Shown here: one piece after another, positions 1-11,000 of the stretch
How the letters are laid out: each line of letters begins with the position of its first letter
Numbering within the stretch: the stretch's first letter is position 1
Assembly (NCBI GenBank): GCA_001643675.2
Contig: LSRY02000003.1
Location: 558,001-622,000 of the forward strand
Source: Monocercomonoides exilis PA203
Lineage: Eukaryota > Protista > Preaxostyla
Direction of reading: 5' to 3'
DNA length: 64,000 nucleotides
The notes under the pieces: model-generated
Seen by the model: only the letters and a program-made list of their open reading frames with translations
Told to the model about the DNA's origin: nothing
Database searches by the model: none
Program-made: the position numbers and the translations under genes

Positions 1-134
1 TCAAAGACAAAATCTTTTCTCAAAGACAAATTACCCTTGAAAAATCAACACCCCTAAAAAAGTTATGATTTCAAAAATAATCACACATATATTTCATCAA
101 AGCCATTTCAAAAACTAATGTTTGAGCTTAAATT

Positions 135-495
135 GGCATAGGTCTAAATGCGCTCCTTTTGCAAATTGCGTTTTTATTCATTATTATTATGATGAATTAA
201 TAGTTGATAATTATTTAAAAACTTTTTATGGACCGATTTTTCGAAAAAAATTTTTCTTGTTGAAAAAAATGATTTTTGAAAAATGACCCATAAAAACATG
301 AATTTCATCGAAAAATATTCAAATTGAAAAGAAAACGTGATTTTTGGACATCCAATGAGTTTTTATTATAATATAAATTTATTTTATTTGTTTATTTTCA
401 TCACAAAAATATTTATCACAAATAAAAAATTTAATAAAATATCTTTGATCAGACCCACAATAAAATTTGACACAATATGAAAAGTTGATTATGCT
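135..495 (+). repeat. Left terminal inverted repeat (361 bp)
   Basis: Reverse complement of 2788-3148, compared line by line. Confidence 0.95.
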
Positions 496-989
496 TTTTT
501 GAGCGATTATTATCATATTTTTCATATATTCTTTTATAAGCAATATTATTAAATAATATAATACCTTTTAATGTTAAACATGCTTTAATTAATTCGATAC
601 TTTTGTTCAATCGTTGATTTTATTGTTATTTATCAACTATGTTAAGTGTATTTATCAATAACTCTAATCATTATTTGATACAGATTTATCTGCTTGTTTG
701 CCTTTGAAGTTGAATGTTTTTCAATTCATTATGACATCTCATACTCTTTTTTTTTTGGATTTGTAAATATCATTTACCTAAAAGATAAATCAACACTGAA
801 ATATCTTGATTTTAATTGAAAAAAATTTGTCATGATTATTAAACAAAGCAATTTCTTTCTCTTTTTTTCACTAAAATTCTGTTTTTTCATTTTTCTGCCG
901 AAATAGTGCATTAATGAATAATAATATTTTAATATTATTAAATTTGCAAAAATATAGAAAGAAAATAACAATTAAGCATAGCTGTCAGT

Positions 990-2330
990 AATCAAAGATA
1001 TTGATTTAACTAATTCAGCAGACAAATCACTTCGGTTTATGAAGATCTGCCGAATGGCTCATCAGTAAACATCTTCTTTATCATTTCAATCAATTCTTCT
1101 CCTTTGATTCCTTCTGTCAGCAATTGCACTCCGTCTATCGTCATCACTTGTGCTTCCTCGGCTTCACATTCGCTCAAAGGCACTTCCCCAGTTGTCATTT
1201 CATGAAGAATCAGTCCAAGTGTGAAAACGATTTCCTTTTAAATTTCTTCATCTTCATTTCCCACTTCTGGTGCCTGCCATCGCTTAATTTCATCCCTCTG
1301 CTTTTCATCCTCCAGTTCTTCTGTCAATACGAATATTTCATTATTTCCTTCCTCAATAAAGATTGAATATGGACACAATTGTTTTCCCATCACTTTCGCA
1401 CTTTCATCTCCTGTCGAAATCAGATGCTCAAATAACTCTGCAACTTCCAAAACAACTTCTTTCCAATTGCAATTCCATTCACAATAAATCTTCAAGCCTA
1501 AATATTTTATGCATTGAATCCAGTCATTCCATAAGTGAATTTTTCACATTCAATTGAGACTGAACAATTCGTTACACTGAGTGCTGATGTTGAATGAAGA
1601 AATGCACTTTTCCTCGGATTCAACTGACATTTCACAACGAATGAAAGTCTGCTCATTGGCAGTGAACTCGAACAATCAGCAAGTCATTCTTACGTGGCTG
1701 ATCCTTTATCACTTTCATTCACTGACATTCTCTCTCCATCTGATGATGATGATTCAATTCTGCCTGAAATTATCACATAAAGTAATGGTCCTGTTATTTC
1801 CTTGGTTTTTGACGAAGATAAGACAACCTCCATTTCATTCATTGATCTGCTCTATCTCGAGTTCGCTCTATAATAAACTGTCAAGCATCCAAAACATTCA
1901 CTTCCACGCTGCCTCCAATCGCATCCACAAATACACAATCAAATTCATCGTTCACTCCTGCTGCTGAATGGAATGAACATCCAATTATCACCAAATCTCC
2001 ACCAATGCTTGAAATTATCGTTTTGGCTGAGTTGTCAAATCCCAATGTTAATCGGAGTTTGATATTTGTCAATTCAAGATGATCATCATTTTCCATGAAA
2101 TATTCCAGTTGACTTCCAATTGTCTTTTTAAAATTCAATATTGCCTTCATATTCTCTTCTCCCATCTTTACACTTTTTTTGATCTGATAATTGGACGTTA
2201 AAAGTATCTTGAATAATTGTTGATCCTTCACTTTGAATTGTTTTCGTTTCATCTCCTTCTTTTATGTTTCCCATTCCTTTCCACAATGTGAAGCACGGTT
2301 CTTCACTTCTGCAATGAACAACATCAAATT
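990..2330 (-). pseudogene. Internally deleted, frameshifted fragments of the receptor-like pseudokinase family (transposon cargo)
   Basis: The minus strand gives FDVVHCRSEEPCFTLWKG (cf. WDVLRCGSESEPCATMQYG in 7424-13333) and the ectodomain-like ORF 1881-2252. It then gives KRWQAPEV...*KEIVFTLGLILHEMTTGEVPL (cf. RWKAPEL...VVFSIGIMLWECLTLEIPF), with an in-frame TAA at 1238-1240. Boundaries approximate. Confidence 0.82.
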
Positions 2331-2787
2331 TACTAAAAAAGTTAAATCAACTCATTTTTTCGTATTTTTTAAAAAAACATCAAAAAGACAAACTTAAATA
2401 ATGTTCGTTGTTTTTATAATACAATATTGAATTGTTTTGCGCATTAAAAGCTTATGTGTGTAACAGTGATTCATTTTACTATGCAAAAATCGTATCTGGT
2501 ACAAAAAAACAGAGAACTATAAAAGAACCAGAAAATATATGAAATATTAAAGCAAAATTAATAATATTGTTATTTAAAGAGTCATTCATAACCTTTTGCG
2601 TTCCTTTGCGAACGGAAATGAACTAATATTAGGTTGTTTAGAATATTCAAGCAAAAAGGCACACTTTAATGTGACTGTGAATAAAAGCTGTTTTCAATAA
2701 CAAACAAGTGTGCATATAATAATATACTTAAATTAACATATAAAAATGAAAGGATAGCAAACTATTGAATTCGAATTAAACGAAAAC

Positions 2788-3148
2788 AGCATAATCAACT
2801 TTTCATATTGTGTCAAATTTTATTGTGGGTCTGATCAAAGATATTTTATTAAATTTTTTATTTGTGATAAATATTTTTGTGATGAAAATAAACAAATAAA
2901 ATAAATTTATATTATAATAAAAACTCATTGGATGTCCAAAAATCACGTTTTCTTTTCAATTTGAATATTTTTCGATGAAATTCATGTTTTTATGGGTCAT
3001 TTTTCAAAAATCATTTTTTTCAACAAGAAAAATTTTTTTCGAAAAATCGGTCCATAAAAAGTTTTTAAATAATTATCAACTATTAATTCATCATAATAAT
3101 AATGAATAAAAACGCAATTTGCAAAAGGAGCGCATTTAGACCTATGCC
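2788..3148 (-). repeat. Right terminal inverted repeat (361 bp)
   Basis: Reverse complement of 135-495. Confidence 0.95.
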
Positions 3149-3255
3149 CTTAAATTTGGATGAAGATATCATTAATAAGTGTTTTCGCTTTTTCAGTATT
3201 CTTTTGTTAATATTCAAGTGAAATTTCCAAACCAAAAATTTTGAAAGAAAAAATA

Positions 3256-3536
3256 TGAAATGGGGAAAATACGGAGTTTTAAGCATTTTTTTTTGCACAA
3301 GGCATTGAAAAATTGCTTTGCTTGTTTATTTATTTCACTTTTTCAGATTTTGAAACAAATTTGATTTTCACGGCAGAAAATAAGCATCGTTGACATAACA
3401 ATAAAATGTTTTGGGATCTCACATGTGTTTCAATAAAGAATCCTTTTTTTCCGTATTTTTTGATTTCAAAAAGTTCATCAAAGATGCATAATTTTTCAAT
3501 GAAAATGCCTGAAGCGAAATATTTTGCCCCATTTCA
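3256..3536. mobile_element. ~280-bp MITE-like repeat, family A copy 1
   Basis: Inverted ends TGAAATGGGGAAAATA / TATTTTGCCCCATTTCA. A colinear diverged copy lies at 22518-22799 (shared blocks AAATTTGATTTTCA and ATGAAAATGCCTGAAG). TSD not resolved. Confidence 0.7.
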
Positions 3537-3738
3537 AAAAAAAAAAATCTCCCATATTTTGTTCAAATTTTTATTCACACTCACAAAACTTCTCAAAAAT
3601 GAAAGCAAAAATTTGTGAAAACAGTTTCATTCATTCATGTGCAGATTCATGAGCGGAAACGGTAATTTGATGAAAATAAAAAATTTCAGTTTGATGTGAA
3701 AATTTAACAAAAGGAAGTTTACAAAAAAATCAGCCATA

Positions 3739-4144
3739 TAGTTAGTGTTAATAAAGGCGGACACTTTTAATAACTGTGGACAGTTGCTTTATCTCAACAA
3801 CAGTCAAAAGTTGCTTTTTGACAATAAGCCCAATTATTCCCTCAATGAATATGAACTTATATGAATTGTTTTTATCACACATCCAACACAATGAAATAAT
3901 CCAAAAATAATTTTTTCTTTTCGGAGAAACTCGAAGAATCTTATTTCTCCGAGTTTCTCCGAAAATGGAAAATGTTGTTATCTTTGTTCTTTTGAGCAAG
4001 TTATTTTATTAATGTATGTCACATAAGTTTATATTTATTGAGGGAATAATTGGGTTTATTGTTAAAATGCAACGATCAACAGTTATTGAGATAATGCAAC
4101 TGTCCACAGTTATTGAAAGTGTCCGCCATTATTAACACTAACTA
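3739..4144. mobile_element. ~400-bp Tc1/mariner-type MITE, family B copy 1
   Basis: TA-TAGTTAGTGTTAATAAAGGCGGACAC...GTGTCCGCCATTATTAACACTAACTA-TA, with ~120-bp imperfect TIRs, TA flanks and a central 16-bp-stem hairpin (3918-3965). Second copy at 53930-54335. Confidence 0.85.
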
Positions 4145-5056
4145 TATATAGATAACTTTTTTTCTTTCAGAACAATCATTTTTCTTCTGTGTCGAATGCA
4201 AAACTTCGCCTCATTTTTAAAAAACATTTATGAAGATCCGTCTCTTCACTTCATCTTCATTAACTTATATTCCATCCAATTCATGAAGTTTCATTATCCA
4301 AGAAGCTGATATTGCCATTTCTATTTATTTTTTAATGATTATTACCGGAAACACCTTGGAAGTGAATTTAATATTAAAAATCATTTTAATTGAATAACCA
4401 TTGATGAGTTTTTTAAAAACACTTATATCGGATTCATATGCCTCTTATTGTCAATTTCTCACACTATTATTTATGGAGTGAAAATTTTTGACATAGTTTT
4501 GCAATAAAATTCATTTTTTTTTTTAATGTCAGATAGTTTTTTAATTTTTTTCGTTTCAACAAAACATATTTTGGAATAAAAATTTTTATTTAAAATTCTT
4601 CAATCAACACTGAAAAGTTCAAAACACCAAATTTCAAATAATTACGTTTTCAAAAATCTCAAACTTTGGTTTTTTTATTCATTTGTCACACATTTGACTA
4701 TTAAACAAAAAAATTTAAAATTATCCACTCTCGAAAAAAATGTTATAATCCCAATGACATTTGCACATTTATTCTTTTTCAAGCAATTATTTATGATGAA
4801 ATTTCTGGTCAGAAACAATTTTGCAACAAGAACCAACATAATTATTATTATAATAATTATAATTATAATAATAAAAGGAACATTTTCCTCCTATGATGGT
4901 TATGAATTTTTATTTGATTATATTCACAGAAATCAGATCACATTTAGTTTTGTGTGGCTGTCAACCAGTTTGTTTTAAAAACTTGATCAAAACCCCATTA
5001 TCAGCACATTTGCACGAAAAACAGTCAGTATTGCCTCCTTAGTAATATTATGCACA

Positions 5057-8000
5057 ATGAATAAATCACTTCCACAAACATTATTTATAATTATTGTTTT
5101 GTTGAACTGTTTCTTTTCAGCAGATGATTGCAAGATAACAAATAAAAATATATTTTCTCAAATAATCACAATTAGAAATTCATTAAAAGATGAGCAATGC
5201 AACACTCTTGTTTCATCTTCTCTCGAAGGAAAAACTTTTTTTTTGCCAAACAAAATACAATTATCTTCATCAGAGACAAATGATATCCAAAATTTTTCTG
5301 AAACAGAAAACACTTTAACAATTGGCTGTTTTAGTCAATTCAGAAAAGATGATAATTTGGACTCAAACACATATGAAAGCATGATATTGAGTTGCGTAAG
5401 AGGAGAAATGATCTTGCTGAATTCTTCATTATTTGTCAGAGAAATTATTCTTGAACAAGCAAACACACCTTCCATATCGCTTAAAAGTGATATATCAGAA
5501 CTGTCAATGTATAATTGCTTTCTTGAATTATTCCCAAAGCTTGCTGTCTCTCCTTTTGAGTGCTCAAATGGAATTGTCAATTTGATTAATATCTCCATCA
5601 AAAACACATTGCAAAGTGGTGCTTTGCCTTCTCTTGTCTCAATAAGCTCCTCTTTCAAATCTTCAACAGGATCCGTTCTCATTTCTTTCAGCTCGTTTTC
5701 ATCGTTTTCAACCTCATTCGAGAATCCATTCATTGTAGATATCAACTTTTCGTTTTCTTCTGCTTCACATTGCTGTTTCCACAACATTTCCACTCAAGAC
5801 AACAACATGCACTCAAAACACTTGCGTTCTAATCAAGAAAGCAAAATTGAAGGATGCATGTTCACGGATTGCATTTGCCCATTTTATGGGGTGATCATTT
5901 CTGGCTCTCGTGGATGGGGTTTTATCTCCTCAAACACTTCTTTCATTCGTTCGAGAAACTTTATTTCTCATCAAAACTACACGAATAAAACACAATCATT
6001 TACGGAAGGTGATGTAAAATTCGAAGACTGCACCTTTTCAGAATGCAGCGCTCTTCATGGAGGTGCAATTGCGGTAAGCGAAAATTCCAATCTCGCCGTT
6101 GAAAAATGTATATTTTCAAAATGCATCGATACATTTCCAACAGCATATGGATATGGGGGTGCTGTTTTTAGCAATGGAAGCAATTGTGAAATTTCAAACT
6201 CTTCATTTTCAAAATGCGCAGGAACGGGAACCTATCCACTTGGAGGTGCATTCACACATATTGCAAATAACTTTTCAATCGTTATTGACTGCACTTTTGA
6301 AAATTGTTCAGCAGCTTATGGAGGAAGTGTTGCATGGTATACTGGAGGAAGTGGATCAATTTTTAATTCAGTATTCAAATGCAGCAGATCAACATTGAAG
6401 TATGCTGGAACTGTATTTCTTCAACATCAAAAAAGGGATTTTGTCATGTCGAATTGTTATTTATACAAAGGGGATGCTCCATTAGGAGCAGGCGGCTTTG
6501 ATACGTCTAATAACGATCATAATAAGAGTCTTATAATTCGGCTTTGTCTGTTTGAAAACAATACAGTACAGAAATCAACTCATGCTGCGGATATTTTTAT
6601 CGGAAAGGGATATAGCCTGGACAATAACACAGTCCAGATTTTGCACTGTCTTTCTTATTCAACAGCTCCAAGAAAAGTGGTTCAATGTGATGTGTATGCA
6701 GAGTTCTGTGATGACAGAGGCATTGCATGTGACTCATATCTTCCATATCCTCAGTCAGAAATACATATTAGTGAATCTGGAAGCGATGTGAATACATGTG
6801 GAGGAGTTGGCTCGGAATGCCAAACAGTGGAATATGGAGTGACGATGTGGAGAGAACAACTGAATCAAAATGTGTATATGGGCGAAGAAGAATTTGAAGA
6901 AGATATTATAGAAATTGGCTGGAGGAATATTGTTCTCAATGGAATTGAAAACGGCAAATCAGCAATAAAATCCCTTGAGACTTCACTCACAGATCATCTC
7001 ATCTCCATTGGCAATGGTTCACTGAATGCAAAAAGGATTTCTTTTGTTTGTGTGTTTAACAGATCTGCAATGACAGTCGGGTCATCTGGTTCTCTGCAAC
7101 TGGAATTATGCTCTTTCACAAAAAGTGCTCAATCGAATCAGCCTTCAACTCAACCTCTAATTAATGCTGAAAATGGATATCTGACAATAGAGTCCGTAAA
7201 TGTGTCACAGTTTGTGTTTTCGCAAGGATGCGCTTTTGCAACTTCCGACTGCAAATCCATCACTATTTCGAATGCTTCTTTTTCAGATATCGAATGTGCG
7301 CAAAATGGTGGATGCTTGAGTGCATCATGGAGTGAAAGATCAGAAGGCACATTTTCAACATTAATAAACAATTGTACCTTTAAGCGTTGCAGGGTGGTTA
7401 CAGATGGAAATTGAGGAGGAGCATTGTTTCTCTCACTTCAAAATACATGCTCGACAACAGTTTCATCATGTTCCTTTGAAGAATGTGAAGCACCTTTTGA
7501 TTCCCATGAGGGGTATGGAGGAGGAATCTTTCTGGATCTTGTTCATTCAAATGCTGCATTTGTCATCACCACTCCTTCTTTTTCTGTGGAAAAGCCTAAC
7601 AAAGCGAAACATGGAAATGACTTGTTTATTCAATCGCCAAATCTCAGAGAATCAATTACCAACGAAACACTTCCATTTGCTTATGCACTGGGGCACAGCT
7701 CCTTCGATAGTTTGCAAGGGTTCACTGGGACTGACCACGAGCATTCAATTCCGTTGGTTTTGTTTTTGGAGAACGTTGGACAAACAATCCATGTTAGAAG
7801 CAATGACGGTGTTGATACTGTGGTGTGTGGATTCTCGGATTATCCGTGCCACTCGCTCAATTACTGTGTGGAGAGGTTGGAAGAGGAAAATGCAAATACA
7901 GTTGCTGTTCTTGCCTCAGCAACAATTGAAAACGAAACAACATCGCATAATTTGGATTTGAAATCATCAAACACTTCGAAAGCCGAAATCACTTGCGTCA

Positions 8001-11000
8001 AGTCGCTGCAGGCCTCAACAAGAAAAGTGATAGTCGCTTCAGTGGATGTATCCATTGAGTTGATCCACTTTTTGCTTCCTTCTTCATTTGAAACTGAGAT
8101 CGAAGCCTTGATATTCTTGTCTTCTGGAGGAATGCTGACGATGAAATCTTGCTCATTCGGAATGCAACAAGGCGAGCTCGGCCAGATGGATTACTGGCTG
8201 CTTCAGATTTGCGGAGGAATACTAAATATCGAAAGCTGCACCTTAAGTTTAGACTTCCTTCAGCACGCGCCCATCTCCGTGTGCGAAAGCGACACAAGCA
8301 CTCAATCAACAATCATTTCATTGAATGTGAAAAACACGGATATTGGTAATCATCCTCTTATCCATGCGATTCCATCATCAGCAGCAAAACTCCTGAATGG
8401 TGTCACAACGAGCAGTGGGATCATATCTCTTGTTTCATGTTCTTTCGAAGGGATGGTCCATGCAAATGCAAACAGTGCTGTGCTATTTTCATCCCATATT
8501 TCAAGCTGTGTTGAGTGCTCCCATTGGAATGTCACGAATGTCAAAGGCACTCAAAGCATCGAGGGAGGAGCGATGAAAGTTGTTACTGATGCTAATGTCC
8601 AATTCAAGATCGAAAATATCACATTCACAAAATGTTGCGCTGAATGTGAAACGGCTGGAAAAGGAGGATGCATCTATTTTGACTGTTCGGCTTCCAATGC
8701 ATTCTCCTTCAAGCAGATGACCTTTGATCAGTGCTCTGCAAAATATGGGAAAAACATGTTCTTTCTCTCGTCAAACCTGAATGTTTCGATCACAAAGCAG
8801 AGATTGGCATTTGAAGTGAGCGAGACAGCAGGCGATACAAATCTGTTCGTGGGGAATGACACCACAAAAACAAACTTCGATCTGTGCCGATTTCTGATTG
8901 AATTTGCTTCACAAGAAATCCATCTCAGCAGGAACAGAGGCTGGGATGTTCTTCGCTGCGGGAGCGAGAGCGAGCCATGCGCAACGATGCAGTACGGGCA
9001 GAAGCATTTCTGTGCTTCAGATAATCCAGCACAAGCAAACATGAGCATTTTCCTTGTAATCGATGAAGTTCAAGTGGATTGCGAGGTTGACATTTCAAAC
9101 GTAACTGTGACTTCGGTTGATGTCAAGTCTCACCCTTCCCTGACTTTTGGAGCAGCCATATCGTATCAGGCAGGAAAGGAAGAAGAAAGCGATTCTGTGC
9201 TGGTAAACAATGAAAAAAGCTCCTTGATGAACATTGAGGTCTGCTGCGGGGATGGCTCTGGGTGGAGGCAGACGAAGCTGATAAGCACGGCTGGCAGCTC
9301 CTTTGCTGCTCAAGGCTGCTCCTTCGCCAGCGTCTCCTCCACCGCCATTCAATATTGCATCGTTGCCTGCATGTCTGGAACATGCGAATTATCGAGCTGT
9401 TCATTCAAATCCATCCAAGCCGAAAGTCACATTCTGATGGTATCGCATGGCAGCAGCATTGACTTGACAAATGTTTCGATGAGCAACATGGAGCTGATGG
9501 GCAAAAGCATTGTGTCTGTGCTGGAGCAGGGCAAATTGCAGGACGATCCACAGGAATTGAATGAAGACAAAGGTCCAACAGTGCAACTGAAATGCTGCAC
9601 GCTCCATTCGCTTCTCCAAAGTGCTCCTTCTGAGCCATCCGTCATCAGCTGCACCGGCAGCAAGCCTTCCAGCGTGTCTGTGCAAAACACATCGATCAAG
9701 AATTGTGGAAGCAGCCAAAGTGAGAGCGGAGGATGCATAACCATGAGGTTAAATGAAGAAGCATTGTTTCACTGTACTTTATCCACAATCTCGGAGTGCT
9801 TCTGCTCAGCGACTGGAAGGGGAGGTGCAATATTTCTGGACTGCTCATCAATTGCAAGCGATAGCGCGCTGCCTTTCCTCTTCAAAAACATCACATTCTT
9901 GGAGAACAAGGCGTTCAGAGGAAGAGACATATATGTGAGATGCTCCAATGTGGAATCCCAAATAAGGAGCGAGCTATTCCAGCTCGACTTCAGGCCACCA
10001 TACAACCAGGAGCTTGCCATTTGGGGATGCACTGCACAAAACAATGCTGACGAGCAAGATCTCTTGCTCCTCGTGATTGTGTATCAGAGTGAGACAATAT
10101 TTGCTTCTTCTTCAGCCGACAACACCTCAGATTCACGCCAGTGCGGAGCTATCAATGCGCCCTGCTCTTCCTTGAATATTGCATTGTCTCACACCATTCC
10201 TTCTGTTTACAGCAACTTGCTTGTCGACAAGGTTTCTCTGGTATCTGGTGAAGCAAGCATCCATGATGTCTCGATCAAGTCGCTGGAGCAGGAAAGAGAC
10301 AGAGGGACAATCCTCCTGAACAGGAGCATTGAGAGCAGGATGAACAGCCTTCTCACGTGTGCATCCAGAGTGAAAATTGAATTTCTGAAATTCATGTTCG
10401 GAAGCGCGTTTTCTTCTCCACACTCCAGCTTATTATCCCTGACTGATGGCAGCTTGTCAATTGCAGATGCACTCTTTTCCCAAGATGTTTCGTCTGATTA
10501 TCCTGAAATGAGGTTGAATTGCTCCATCATTCTCGTGGAGAATGGTAGACTACTGATCAACGAATGCACTTTTGCTTCCCTCCATCTTGGTTCTCCATGC
10601 GTAGCAGCAAAAGGGGGACAATATTGCTCATTTGTGGACTTGAACATTTCTGATGTGAATTCTGATATCTTGTTTGATTTTCGCAATCTGGTGAACCTCT
10701 CCGTGCAGCAGGTGCTTATTTCCAGTTGTGAACTTGAACAATCCGCTCTGATCCTTCACAACTGCAAAGACTCCCAGCTTCAAAAAATTCAAGTCAGAAA
10801 TGTTGAGAGCAACTCAAGCTTGATTGTGTTTTCCTCAGACGGTTTTGGTGCTTGCTTGAACATCCGGTGCTATCATTCCGAATTCGATGCCATATCCGTG
10901 CTGTCTGGCTCCTTGCTTTCCATCGAATGCCAAGATGCAAATGTCGAGATGAACAATCTGTCATCGATAAAAACAGCGCTGGCAAATGGTTGTGCTGTGA

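Larger units (their letters stand above)
135..3148. mobile_element. Non-autonomous TIR DNA transposon carrying captured host-gene fragments (Pack-type; Merlin- or Mutator-like ends)
   Basis: 135-495 is the exact reverse complement of 2788-3148 (361 bp, no mismatch found by eye; termini GGCATAGG...CCTATGCC). The 8-bp direct repeat CTTAAATT sits at 127-134 and 3149-3156. No transposase motif seen inside. Confidence 0.93.

Noticed and set aside
7374-7421. A small intron removing the in-frame TGA
   Set aside because: Frame-preserving GT-AG pairs exist (e.g. 7374-7415), but they lack the T-rich tract seen in real introns here and would delete a conserved CTFKRC repeat.
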